Below, piece after piece: positions 44,479 to 55,626 of a stretch of DNA of 64,000 bases (its first letter is position 1; every line of letters starts with the position of its first letter). The notes below the pieces were generated by a model, which saw nothing but the letters and a program-made list of their open reading frames with translations, was not told where the DNA came from and searched no databases. Origin of the DNA: an uncultured Nitrososphaeraceae archaeon (GTDB taxonomy: Archaea > Thermoproteota > Nitrososphaeria > Nitrososphaerales > Nitrososphaeraceae); assembly GCA_963729045.1 (NCBI GenBank), contig CAVSMN010000021.1, positions 96,001 to 160,000 of the forward strand, given 5' to 3'. The translations under genes and the position numbers were made by a program.

Positions 44479-44697
44479 ATGTATACTTTAAGATTAATAC
44501 TATTGGTCTGTATGCTTGCAACCATAACTTTCATTTCTGGAATAATAGGATTTTCGTCTCAAATATATGCTAACACTCCAACAACAGCGGAGCTTCCTGC
44601 AACCGTTGGAAACGCATCACCATCAGATTTGGGATTAACAAATAGTACCGTGCCAGCAGAAAACACAACAACTGTAACACCAGTATCTCCTCTGTAG
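44479..44697 (+). CDS. Small secreted Thr/Pro/Asn-rich protein
   Basis: Signal peptide ending IYA, low-complexity tail with N-x-S/T sequons, upstream TTTTATA. Confidence 0.6.
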   Translation: MYTLRLILLVCMLATITFISGIIGFSSQIYANTPTTAELPATVGNASPSDLGLTNSTVPAENTTTVTPVSPL

Positions 44698-44855
44698 CAG
44701 AGGAGGGGAAAAATTTAGTAAAAGATTGGATAACATACCCACAAAATAGAAACATGCTGGAATCATTATCAGGGAATTGGGGAATTTAATTAGGTAATGC
44801 AATAATAGGTATATCATTGATATTCAAAATATTTATTTAATATACTGTTGACTCT

Positions 44856-45137
44856 TTGACTATGAAATTTTTAATACGAGTTTCATTTCCTACTTCACTT
44901 GGAAACGAAATGGTAAATGATCCAACCTTTTTAAAAAAAATAGAAGAATATATAAGAAACACAAAGTCAGAATCTGCATTTTTTACTCTTTCTGATGGAG
45001 AAAGGACTGCTATGTTTGTAATGGATATATCCTCTCCTGACCAAATGTATAACGCTTGTGAACCTTTGTTAATGCTAGGCGGAAAGGTCCACCGGGATAT
45101 GATAATGACCCTAGATGACATAAAAAAAGGACAGTAA
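44856..45137 (+). CDS. Small conserved-type alpha/beta protein
   Basis: MKFLIRVSFP...GN...KSESAFFTLSDGERTAMFVMD...EPL...MTLDD; T-run after the stop. Confidence 0.7.
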   Translation: MTMKFLIRVSFPTSLGNEMVNDPTFLKKIEEYIRNTKSESAFFTLSDGERTAMFVMDISSPDQMYNACEPLLMLGGKVHRDMIMTLDDIKKGQ

Positions 45138-45387
45138 CTTTTTTTTATAAATCGCTACTAATTTCCATTTTTATATGAATTATTGTTACCTTTACAGGTT
45201 AGATTGGGTTGTCTTGAAGACCATGATGTTGGATCTATCCGAAAATCTGTTCCACTATTAAAAATAACAGTTCACAAAATGGAGTTTAAAGATCGATTTA
45301 TGCTATGGATAGCAAAAGCCTTTTTAACTTGCTGATTTAACAATGAGAAGTTAACAGGAGTTATATAATTGTCGTAATGACCCTAGT

Positions 45388-45998
45388 GTGCCAATTTTCT
45401 TGATTGCATTAAATCAAAATCTATCTTATCCATTGCAAGTGCATGCGCAAATAAACAACACTGCTAATACTATTTCTAGTAATGTTACATCAGATATGGC
45501 CAATAAAGTTATATCTGAACTGCCAATTGTTCTTCGCGGAATTGTCTCATCCGAAGATTTTAATAATGTGACTTTGAAAGCTGGGGAAGATCCACATGGT
45601 GCACCGCTACTTCCTAATAGGGATGACGGAACAATATATTCTAGGTATAGTAACGTTTACTGCAACGAAACCGGTGGAAGTGGGCATTAGCCACAGACTG
45701 AATATTGACAATAATACTTTTTCTCAGCTTGATACAGATAGATTTGGAGAACTATATTCTGGATACCATAATGACACAGGAGAACGCGGAACCCCAGGCG
45801 TCTTAAGTGCTCCGTCAGTTATCGCGCCTGATTATGGGAACTGCACCTCCATATTTCTCTGCATCCATTCCTTTCGTAGGTGATTCAGTATGGCTGAGAA
45901 CGATTAACGGCGAACCTTTTATCGCAGTATATGAAGTATTTGCAAAGATAGTTCAACCTGAAGGAGTTGTCGATTTGGAAACCGCCCTGATTAATTGA
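45388..45998 (+). pseudogene. Fragmented secreted hypothetical protein
   Basis: Three overlapping ORFs (45388, 45596, 45807) join as VHAQ...LLPNRDDGTIY/GIVTFTATKPVEV...APDYG/TAPPYFSASIPFVGD... Confidence 0.65.
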
Positions 45999-46166
45999 TC
46001 CTACTAACATCCATCCTCAGATGGTTTTTTCCTAACGATTGCCTTTTGAGAATTACTTTTAAGGTCGTGGGTTAAAGAACACGGGTTATTCTCGCTCCGA
46101 AAAATATTTTGAATGACAGATGGAGACATAATGATAAGATTTATTGATTGTGCTTATTTACTTACT

Positions 46167-46460
46167 CTAATTTTTTTGATCATTTGCAACTTTGATCATA
46201 TTCTCCTTTTCATGGTTTAATTCATCATCGGTCAAGTTGATGGCCGATATTATTGTGGGATTAGCCCCATTTGGAGGATCATCGGTAAAAATGATTACGT
46301 GGGTAGACGTCTTTAATATACTAATTACTGATTCATCATATGATGGCAGGTTCAATTCGAGATCTTTTATTGGAACCACAGATCCTAGATCGTCAATATC
46401 CAGTAAAGTGACATTTACCTTGTGTTCTACATCGCTAATTTTATTAATCTTAACTAGCAC
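46167..46460 (-). CDS. Hypothetical acidic protein
   Basis: 97-aa ORF with protein-like composition. Confidence 0.55.
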   Translation of the reverse strand: MLVKINKISDVEHKVNVTLLDIDDLGSVVPIKDLELNLPSYDESVISILKTSTHVIIFTDDPPNGANPTIISAINLTDDELNHEKENMIKVANDQKN

Positions 46461-46853
46461 TAATATAATACATCGCCTTCTTTAATACATTTTTCTACTG
46501 GCCAGATACTATATACGTAGGAATCAGGGGATATTTTACATGATGATACGACTCGGAAGTTAATCTTTCATACTATTAGACGCTCTATATGTTACACAAG
46601 GTCAGCACAAAGATAAAAAAATCAAATCTTTTTTGAAACAGTCTAAATTAACCAGATCAATGAGAATAACCATGACATTAGATTAACCATACTAAATAAT
46701 ATCATATGAAGATCATAAAATAATTGAAATCACCAATTTTGCTAGGTGTAATCACAAACATCAGGTATCCTATTTTTGTTTTGGGTGTATTGAGACCGTA
46801 TTTGATGCTCAATATGATGGTGAACCTCATAATAATTCTATATTTTGTTCTTA

Positions 46854-46898
46854 TTACATAATGTAAGAAAACTTTATATAATGTAATGTTTATTACAT
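46854..46898. promoter_or_regulatory. hsp20 promoter with TTACAT/ATGTAA inverted repeats on both sides of the TATA box
   Basis: TTACAT-A-ATGTAA (46854-46866), TTTATATA (46873-46880), ATGTAAT-GTTT-ATTACAT (46881-46898). Confidence 0.55.
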
Positions 46899-46918
46899 AT
46901 GTTAGGTGTATATGATAA

Positions 46919-47584
46919 ATGAGCAATAAAGACATTATACCAAGCGATTGGATTAGCAGATTCTTTGAGACAGGTCTAGGAAAAGGCAGAGGAAGAGGAT
47001 TAGGATTGTTTAACAGAGATGCATTCAGCGATTTTGATGATATCCATAAGGAAATGAATAGAATGTTTGATGTATTTAATGATATCTCAAATAACGCCCC
47101 AAAAGAACTCGTAAGGGAATATGAAACAAAAGAAGGTGGCAAAGTTAGAGAAGTAGGGCCAATAGTGTATGGATATTCAATGACTATCGGATCCGATGGT
47201 AAACCTCATGTTCGGGAATTTGGAAATATCAAATCTTTGAATGACAGTTCTGTAAAAAAAATAGGAACACAACCTGATAATATCTCCCAAATATCTGCAG
47301 AAAGAGAGCCATTAGTTGATGTGAACTTGACCGATAAAGAAGTCAAAGTAGTGGTTGAAATGCCCGGTATCAGAAAAGAAGACATAAAAGTAAAAGCATA
47401 TGACTCGCAAGTTGAAGTAACAACATCAAAGGATGCTCAAAGAAAATATCATAAGAATATAGAACTTCCAGAGCTAGCAGAAATTGAGACTGCAAGATCA
47501 GCATATAACAATGGCATATTGGAAATAACCTTCGACAAAAAGAAAGTTACTAAACCCGCAGGTAAGGAAATCAAAATAGAGTAA
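46919..47584 (+). CDS. hsp20: Archaeal small heat shock protein, second copy
   Basis: Same motifs as 24397-25056; ends EIKIE. Confidence 0.95.
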   Translation: MSNKDIIPSDWISRFFETGLGKGRGRGLGLFNRDAFSDFDDIHKEMNRMFDVFNDISNNAPKELVREYETKEGGKVREVGPIVYGYSMTIGSDGKPHVREFGNIKSLNDSSVKKIGTQPDNISQISAEREPLVDVNLTDKEVKVVVEMPGIRKEDIKVKAYDSQVEVTTSKDAQRKYHKNIELPELAEIETARSAYNNGILEITFDKKKVTKPAGKEIKIE

Positions 47585-47850
47585 ATATAAATCACATTCC
47601 AGACATTCAATAATTTATTTTTTTAATATTCTTCTAAAATAATAATCACATTTCAGTTATGTTTTGTTCAAAAGCATTTGATATTAACAATATTTTATAT
47701 GAAGGCGAGTATATGCGGTCATAATCGACAATAGACCAAGATAAACAATAAGGAATCTAAAACTACCAGTCATTCATCTTTTCTCAAGAACCTTTTAATC
47801 CTATTTGGATACCATCTGTTCTAAAAAAATGTCAAAAAAGGTTACAAATC

Positions 47851-48549
47851 ATGAAAAATATAAAAAGTAATTGGTGTATCTATGACATGGATACCCTGGA
47901 ATTTGATATCTCTACGATGAAGGCTCATCTTAGATATAATCTATTAATTTCTCTAATAACTCCTAGACCAATTGCCTTCATTTCAACATTAAGTGATAAA
48001 GGAATCCCAAACGCGGCGCCTTTTTCGTTTTTTAATTTGATGGGGAATGACCCTCCAATTGTGGCTATTGGTATTGGCAAAGATGAAACTAGAAAAAATG
48101 ATATGAAAGATACTGGGTATAATATCCAAAAGACAAAGGAGTTTGTCATAAATATTGTAAACGAAAGTATTTTAGAGCAAGTGAACGTGACATCCATTGA
48201 TTTTCCACCAGAAATTGACGAATCCAAAATTGCTGGGCTAACCAAGATGCCTTCTATAAAGGTGAAACCACCAAGGATCGCGGAGTCACCAGCTAACCTT
48301 GAATGCCGCCTAGCAAGTACTGTAGAAATTGGAAACACCCGCATAGTGTTGGGGGAAATTATCTACCTACATATAAAGAAAGAATTTTTAGATCCTTACG
48401 AGAATCAAACGGTTCATACCGATCTAATCTCCCCAGTTGGGAGGATGCACAAAAACTGTGTGTATACCCGAACTACTGATTTGTTTAATTTACCGCGTTT
48501 ATCTTTTAAAGAATGGAAAGAGCAGGAGAAGAGTAGTAAAAATATATGA
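47851..48549 (+). CDS. Flavin reductase family protein
   Basis: PRPIAFIST, NAAPFSFFN, KDT..NI...EFVIN, PPRIAESP..LEC. Confidence 0.9.
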   Translation: MKNIKSNWCIYDMDTLEFDISTMKAHLRYNLLISLITPRPIAFISTLSDKGIPNAAPFSFFNLMGNDPPIVAIGIGKDETRKNDMKDTGYNIQKTKEFVINIVNESILEQVNVTSIDFPPEIDESKIAGLTKMPSIKVKPPRIAESPANLECRLASTVEIGNTRIVLGEIIYLHIKKEFLDPYENQTVHTDLISPVGRMHKNCVYTRTTDLFNLPRLSFKEWKEQEKSSKNI

Positions 48550-48561
48550 ATAGGAATAACC

Positions 48562-48981
48562 ATGGAATGTGCCATGTTGCCCTCTATAGGCATAGATTCT
48601 CCGAATAATATTGATTTTTATTTTTATTCTAATGATTTGGGACTTCGGCTTGTAAAGTTAACGCTAAACCAAGATGATTCAAAGTCGTATCATCTTTATT
48701 TCGGTGATAAAACAAGTCGTCTAGGGACAATACTTACATTTTTCCACTGGCCAGAAATACCTAATGGTCGCCAGGCACTTGTCTTACCTATCTGGAAAAC
48801 AGGTATTATTGCAGCAGGGTCAGCAGATCCAATATTACCAAAAGAGCAAGTAAATGGTCTTTTACGACTATTGCAGAATGTTCGATCAGATATAACTTTG
48901 AAATTGCAACAGGACGGACATAATCTTCATGATAAAGACATATTAGACACAAAAGAATGGATTGAGAATATTTCTTTGTAG
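48562..48981 (+). pseudogene. Chimeric remnant: ring-cleaving dioxygenase (MhqO-like) N-terminus fused to an alpha/beta hydrolase (MhqD-like) C-terminus
   Basis: LGLRLVKLTLNQDD..YHLYFGD...GTILTFFHWP, followed by AAGSADPILP...GHNL...KEWI. Confidence 0.72.
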
Positions 48982-49740
48982 ATTCTAACACTAACTATTT
49001 TTTCATTCACCAAAATAAAAAACAAGTTTGGCAGAATTTATCATGTTAAAATTTTATTTTTCCTTTTGAAATGTAATTAACCGTGAATCTACTCACCATT
49101 CTTCCTATATTGAATATTTTTTTTAAAACGTTTTTCATACCTTCTTTGTTATGTTCCCATGAAATATTCTCATATTCATATCTAGTAAAGAGTATGAAGT
49201 GAAGTTTATCAGACGATTATATTATTCACTAGAATTTCAATCGCTAGAATTTCAATCAAATTCCAGCAACCAATACAATTGTCTTAGTAACGAACAAGTA
49301 AAAAACGCTTGTAGGTGAAATTTGATACTATAAAAAGTGAAAATAATTATTTCCTGCTCGGGATTTAAACGAATCAACATAATTTGCATCCAGACGAGCG
49401 TATTTCAACTCACCTGGATGTAAGCATCAAGCCTAAATGATGCAGATCATGATGACACTTCATGAATATTAAATATTTGGATGACCATTAATTGGGATGA
49501 TACTCTAGAAAAATAATCAAATCCATTGAAAGCAAATGAATGGAAATCTTCAGCTTATTAAAATAAGCATGAAAATACGTTTAATCGTACCGAGTAAAGT
49601 TATTTTGTATGTAGTAAACCACATCTCCTACCCAGATAATACGTAAGTCTCAAATGTCTTACAGGACTAAATCAAGGTTAATCTCCAAAGTCTAATTAAC
49701 TGTTTTTTTAAATAAAAAATGATTATATTAAAAAAATAAA

Positions 49741-50172
49741 TTAATTAACTTGGTCTCCAAATGCAGTTATGTTAGTAGTCGCCAATCTAATATACGAAAC
49801 GACCTCAAACAAGTTAAAAGTATACTTTTCATTTGGCTTTAATAGAAAAGATGGCTGCGTAACATATTCATTGAATTTGCCCAAACTATTTCCCTCTTTG
49901 TCAAAGAATTCACCAGTGATTTCAATATCATGCACATCAAATGTATTATTATTCCTTACTGCTCCATCCACTTCTACCATACCTTGTGCAGTCTTGGAGG
50001 TCACCAGATCCTCTACAGGCATAAACACCTTTCCAGATTTTTGATTACTGTTATTCTGATTATCAGCAGTTTCATTTACCTGTGCTCTTGCACTATTTTT
50101 GAATTCATAAAAAGGGTCCGCAGATGAGGCAACCATCAATAGTGACAAAATGATAGTAATTTCCTTTAACAT
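49741..50172 (-). CDS. Secreted FxLYD-domain protein
   Basis: Signal peptide; VDGAVRNN...ITGEFFDKEGNSLG...LKPNEKYTF. Confidence 0.8.
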   Translation of the reverse strand: MLKEITIILSLLMVASSADPFYEFKNSARAQVNETADNQNNSNQKSGKVFMPVEDLVTSKTAQGMVEVDGAVRNNNTFDVHDIEITGEFFDKEGNSLGKFNEYVTQPSFLLKPNEKYTFNLFEVVSYIRLATTNITAFGDQVN

Positions 50173-50484
50173 TATTAATTAATAGATGGTATTCCATAAT
50201 AAATTTTCTTATTGAATTATGTTAAACCGTTTGAATATCTGAGGAATAAATACATCTGAAGATGGAAGAATACGGGTAATAGTAGAAATTCTCTAGATAA
50301 AAGAAGGGAATTATTTGTACCAGTTTGGATGTTTGGTAATTAGAAGTTGTGAAAAAAAGGAATATCAATACTTTTTCAGAAGAAAAACCAATTGGAAGGA
50401 TAGCTTGACAACAACAACTTTTTCTATATAGAACGATCGTGCTGAAAGTTTTATAATGTTCCTTGTCGCAAATGGGTTTTATAA

Positions 50485-51358
50485 TTGAATTTCTATATCG
50501 GTTGTTCTGGTTGGAGTTACAGTGGATGCAAAGGGACGTTTTATCCAAATGATATAGATAGCAAAGATTATTTGTCATATTATTCCAAATTTTTTGATTT
50601 TGTTGAGGTTGGTTCGACTTAGTATAATATTCCATCGAGGTTTGCGGTTAGAGATTGGAAAGACAAGACACTATCTGATTTCAAGTTTACATTAAAGTTT
50701 CCAAAGATTATAACACATGAAAAAACCTTGAGGATGTTTCCAAGCCGTTGTCCATTTTTTTTACTGCTTTAGAGCCTGGGATTGAAAAAATCTTGTTATT
50801 ACTAATTCAGCTTCCACCCTATCTAACTGTGAAGAAGGGGTTTGAGTCATTACAGAGAATGACTCAATCTTGATACCCGATTTAGATATGCGATTGAAGT
50901 TAGGCATTCCTCCTGGTTTGAAGACGAGATATTTGATTTTCTAAAAGAGCAAAACATGTCGCTGGTTTGGAGTGTTAGAGAGGAATTAACTACCCCTACA
51001 ATAATAACAGTCGACCAAATTTACGCTAGATTTATTGGGGATAGAAGTATAAATGAAAAGGATTTTGGCAAAGTTGTAAAGGTAAAGGATCGAACAACAG
51101 AAATGATCGAATATATGAGAAATTTTGAGAGGATACAAAATGCTGAAAATAATATCCACGACGTGCTAATAGCGCTTCAACAATCACTTTGCGGGATTTG
51201 GTCCTTAGTCCGTGAATGATTTCTTGAAGATTATGAACAAATCGGAGAAATCTTGGAAGAGTGACCTAGAAAGTCGGCAACAAAACAACTCAAATCAAGC
51301 CCATAATAAATACCAATCAAGTATATCAGATTTTAGCAGATTTCATTTTAAAGCATAG
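50485..51358 (+). pseudogene. DUF72 family pseudogene
   Basis: LNFYIGCSGWSY...FYP...YLSYYSKFFDFVEV, TAG at 50620, later QLPP, YAIEVRHSSW, YARFIGDR; several frameshifts. Confidence 0.85.
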
Positions 51359-51570
51359 AATCTGAATTAACATTTTGCATTCTAATATGCTTGGAATAAC
51401 TGATGTGTATCATTAAGAATATCTATGAGGAAAGTCCGTGATTATTCACTGATGTTTTTACTATCCGATATCACTAATGTCATATAGCATTTAACCGGAC
51501 CACACCAACTACTCATAAATGTAAAGAGAAGAAAACATCGAGCGATACTATTAATGTGGATCTATAATAA

Positions 51571-52461
51571 TTATAGCGTATTTGATAGATATTTCTTTGC
51601 TTTCTCTAATACCTTTTTTTCATTTTCGGGCAAAGGCTGATTGTTTATTAATTCTTTAAATTGTAGCGAATTTATGATTGCCTTTCCACCAAAGTGATTA
51701 TTAAAATAAACAAAAATCGTATCAGTATTTTCCTTTATTCTATTGATCTTACTTACCCATGGAATAAGTTCCTTTTCAGAATACAGATAATCATACCAAT
51801 AATGATCTCTAGTAGTGTTTCTTCCATGGAATCTAACTACTGCCAATTTATTAGATGTCAAATTATTTTCATTTGATAAAAATCCAAGATTCTCTTGCGC
51901 AGGAGAATCAGTTAAGACGGATGCAATACTAAAGTGATGGAGTAATTCAAACACTCCCTCCGTATTCCATGAATTATGTCTGAATTCTATGGCGATATTG
52001 TCGTGATTTTTAAGATCAGATTGATTTCTCAGAGCATTCAAAAACTTTTCCAATATATTGGACTCATTAATGGTAAAACTGGGTGGCAGTTGAATTATTA
52101 TCGAGCCTAATTTCCCTCTACTTTCAAGTGGAGATATTTTTTTGAGGAATTCATTCAAATCAGATACCACATTCCTGCTGATATCTAATCTCTTTTCATG
52201 AGTAATTATTTCGGGGACTTTGACTGATATTTTAAAATCGTTAGGGGTTGTATTAGCCATTCCTAAAAATAAACCTTCATGCATGTGTTCATAGAATCTC
52301 TTATAGAAAGTAGCATCCATCTCGACAGCATTAAAAAATTGAGAATAATATCTCAGTTTTCTCGTTTTATTATCTGGGTAAAATACATTTAACCATCCAC
52401 CCTTTTCTGGTGAACCGCCATAGTTCCATCCAGAACATCCTAGATATAATTGAGAACACAT
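51571..52461 (-). CDS. DUF72 family protein
   Basis: LGCSGW, VEMDATFY, QLPPSF, IEFRHNSW, VRFHGRN, YFNNH. Confidence 0.92.
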   Translation of the reverse strand: MCSQLYLGCSGWNYGGSPEKGGWLNVFYPDNKTRKLRYYSQFFNAVEMDATFYKRFYEHMHEGLFLGMANTTPNDFKISVKVPEIITHEKRLDISRNVVSDLNEFLKKISPLESRGKLGSIIIQLPPSFTINESNILEKFLNALRNQSDLKNHDNIAIEFRHNSWNTEGVFELLHHFSIASVLTDSPAQENLGFLSNENNLTSNKLAVVRFHGRNTTRDHYWYDYLYSEKELIPWVSKINRIKENTDTIFVYFNNHFGGKAIINSLQFKELINNQPLPENEKKVLEKAKKYLSNTL

Positions 52462-52594
52462 GATTAGATTGATTATGATTTCTCAATAATTAAGAAAATC
52501 GGTTCGTTTTCCTCTCATCCAATTGGATTAAAAATAATCAAAAATGGTGATTTTATTTTTAAAGTTTTAATCACTTCAATGTATACTCCTCATT

Positions 52595-53248
52595 ATGAAG
52601 ATTGGTATATTAGGATCAGGAGAAGTAGGTCGAAGATTGGCGGATGGTTGCTTAGATCTTGGCCACCACGTTATGATTGGAACACGTAATCCTGCAAAAG
52701 AAGAAATACAGAAATGGATAAACAACCTCAAACATAAAGAAAATGCTTTTGTTGGATCATTTGCCGATGCAGCTTCTTTTGGTGAATTAATTGTCATTTC
52801 TACTTTCTGGGGGGGCACTGAGAATGCAATTAATTTGGCTATTTCATCCAATTTTAATGATAAAATAGTCGTTGATACAACAAATCCATTAGAATTTGCT
52901 AAGGATTCACCCCCAAAACTCTCACTCGGCTATGATAAATCTGCTGGTGAGGTAGTTCAATCCTTGCTACCAAATTCAAAAGTTGTAAAAGCCTTTAACA
53001 TAGTAGGTAATCCCCATATGATTCATCCAGATTTCCCGGGAGGTCCACCAACTATGTTTATTTGTGGCAATTTTAAGGATGCCAAAGACACGATCATTGA
53101 AGAATTATTAACCCCATTTGGTTGGGAGACAATAGACATCGGGGGAATTGAGCAATCGAGATTGTTAGAACCCCTTGCCATGTTATGGATAACTCATTAC
53201 CTTCAAACCGGGTTGGGAAACCATGCCTTCAAGTTGTTAAAAAAATAA
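52595..53248 (+). CDS. NADPH-dependent F420 reductase-like oxidoreductase
   Basis: MKIGILGSGEVG, VDTTNP, VVKAFN, IDIGG...LEPLA. Confidence 0.9.
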   Translation: MKIGILGSGEVGRRLADGCLDLGHHVMIGTRNPAKEEIQKWINNLKHKENAFVGSFADAASFGELIVISTFWGGTENAINLAISSNFNDKIVVDTTNPLEFAKDSPPKLSLGYDKSAGEVVQSLLPNSKVVKAFNIVGNPHMIHPDFPGGPPTMFICGNFKDAKDTIIEELLTPFGWETIDIGGIEQSRLLEPLAMLWITHYLQTGLGNHAFKLLKK

Positions 53249-53714
53249 TACCGTTTTATACATTTGTATTTTTTTATGTTGGATACCTGTCTACTTGCCA
53301 TTACATGAAGGTCGTTTATTGAAAAATTGTCTAGAGAACCGTAAATCACAAATATTGTAACCTCTTCCATGGGATATATCGATTTTACTTGCTAGAAACT
53401 TCAATCTTGTTACTTATAAACAAAATAATAAACTAAAATCTCTCCATTTAAAAATGAATATAATTCGTTTTGTTCTCCATTGGAAGAATTTATGCGTAAC
53501 CTATGCATGATAACATTACTGATGTTCAAAAGGCCATCAAGATAGTCCAATCAAAATCTGTGATTAACGCCGTAGGCGACTAGTCTATTTAAATAGCTTT
53601 TAATTTACAAGATATGCAAGTAACAATATTAATTCTTGAATCCTATCTGATGTTTCACCAAGGTTACTACTAGTATAAAATATCCTATTAAATATTGTCA
53701 ACGAAAATATTGAC

Positions 53715-54209
53715 CTACCTTTCCTGCCCCAACATTTTGTTGATTTTATCTATAAATTTGTTGATATTCTCAACATGAGTTCCTTCCCAGTAAACTTTTG
53801 AACATTTTGAACATTCATAAATTGTGGATATACTCTCATATACTTTCTCTGGAACGGGATAAGATGTCATTGTCTTGTCAAGTTTTCTAAGAGTGCCGTT
53901 ACAAATTGAACATCGAGTATTTGCGTTCGGAACCGGATTGATATGTTTGATATCACATCTCCCTAATATAAAAACCAAATTTTCAACTTCATTGTCATCA
54001 GGGAGTAACAATCCATTCCTGCTCAATTTTGAGATCTTTAAATAGAGTCCTCTGTCTCTAGTTACCAATAGCTTGTGATCATGATTACTTTTATTGATTA
54101 GAAAATCATCACTAGCGTCTAACCAGAATTCGGTGTCAAATCCCATTATTCTTAATTTCTTTGCAATATTTCCTCCCATGCAGTCAATAATAAATTTTGG
54201 GTGATCCAC
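53715..54209 (-). CDS. Mut7-C RNase domain (PIN-like + Zn ribbon) protein
   Basis: FIIDCMGG..AKKLRIMGFDT, LVTRD, RCSICNG, CSKCSKVYWEGTH. Confidence 0.9.
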   Translation of the reverse strand: MDHPKFIIDCMGGNIAKKLRIMGFDTEFWLDASDDFLINKSNHDHKLLVTRDRGLYLKISKLSRNGLLLPDDNEVENLVFILGRCDIKHINPVPNANTRCSICNGTLRKLDKTMTSYPVPEKVYESISTIYECSKCSKVYWEGTHVENINKFIDKINKMLGQER

Positions 54210-54570
54210 TTCATGATCAGTAGGTATCTGTTACTTTTAGTTATTCTAAGAACCAGTATGTTTATCTAGATACCAACCGTTATAGTGGAAAACCATGAAT
54301 ACTATTTCGCCCTTTTTATATGATTGACCTTTTTTCACTTCAATGACTCTTGATTTTCCCTCTTTTCTTGATCATGATTAAGATGTTGATATTGGCAATC
54401 TAATCAAATCATTCTCTTTGGGCATTTTTCTCCACACTCACTTTCAGTTGCAACTTTCAACCGAGAATAGATCGTAGAATATTTTATTCAATAGTCTTAT
54501 CAAAGATTAAAGATTTCTAGATGAAAAATCGAGGTTTTAGTAAATTTTAGCTATGAAAGTAAGATTATAA

Positions 54571-54861
54571 GTGTTGATGATTAATTATTTTAGAATGTCT
54601 GTTGATAATGATGTTCGAAATAATCTGGCAAAATATGAGAAATTCAAGGGTGGAGAACCTGAGAAAGTAATGCTATATCATAAACTCAAACTAGAAAACC
54701 TGGAGATAATAAGTGACAAGACAAACTATCTGGATATGGACACAGCCAAGATTCCAATAGTAGATTTTGTATGCGATATATGTAATCTTCCAATGGAGGC
54801 ACAACAACATCCATCCAAAGTAGATCTCGTCTGCATAAATTGTAATCAGACATATCCTTAG
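54571..54861 (+). CDS. Small zinc-ribbon protein
   Basis: C-terminal CDIC...CINC. Confidence 0.6.
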   Translation: MLMINYFRMSVDNDVRNNLAKYEKFKGGEPEKVMLYHKLKLENLEIISDKTNYLDMDTAKIPIVDFVCDICNLPMEAQQHPSKVDLVCINCNQTYP

Positions 54862-55626
54862 TACTTGGACTAATTTTTGATCATCGTATTAACTTTGAAA
54901 TATCCAGAACTAATTTTAAGCGAGTCCCGTACTTAGTTTCTGATTACTAATATTGCAATGTCTTTGATTTTATATTAAATGAAATCATTCTAGAGTGGCA
55001 ACAGCGAGTCAAAATCTCGAGGAAAAGGTGTCATGAAGCAGTATCCCATTCATTTTAGGACAGGGTTTGTTATTTCCGAAGGGAAAATAAAAGAATACAA
55101 GAAACTGATAAAGGAAACGAGCAAACAAACTGGTAGAGGTCAATGAACCTGATAAAATAGGTTACCAATTTTATTTCGAAAAGTCTAAGGCAAAATGCAT
55201 TGTACATGAAACATATATGATCCAGAAATAGTATTTGCTCACATTCGAGGGGGTTGCCCCAAATACAGTTCTTCCAAGGATTCATGATATATGTAGGATA
55301 ACAAGATTTGAGGTTTTTAGGAGCTTCAACGACTAGTTACGTAAGGCGATAGAAGGCTTAAATCTGCAAACCTCCATTCTATATACGGGTTTTAACCGTT
55401 TAATTCGATGATGTGTAGGTGGCCGATTCACGAAAGAATAATTGTGTACTCTCAAGCAAACTATTGAGAAAGATTGCATTAGACTCACCGAAAGATCTTT
55501 TTGAAAAACTTTTGGCTGGCTTGTTTGATCAACTCCTAGTTCTGTTTTAACCTACTTAAACCCATTCAAAATAGATCAAACATAATATTTTTATCAATCA
55601 ATTTTCTATATGATTAAAGATGTGTT

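Noticed and set aside
49229..49257. CTAGAATTTCAATC direct duplication
   Set aside because: A single short tandem duplication in intergenic DNA with no associated element.
50222..50635. 137-aa minus-strand ORF
   Set aside because: It overlaps the DUF72 pseudogene on the opposite strand and lacks protein-like features.
53259..53270. ATACATTTGTAT, similar to the cop palindrome
   Set aside because: The outer bases differ and it lies in a terminator region downstream of a gene, not in a promoter.
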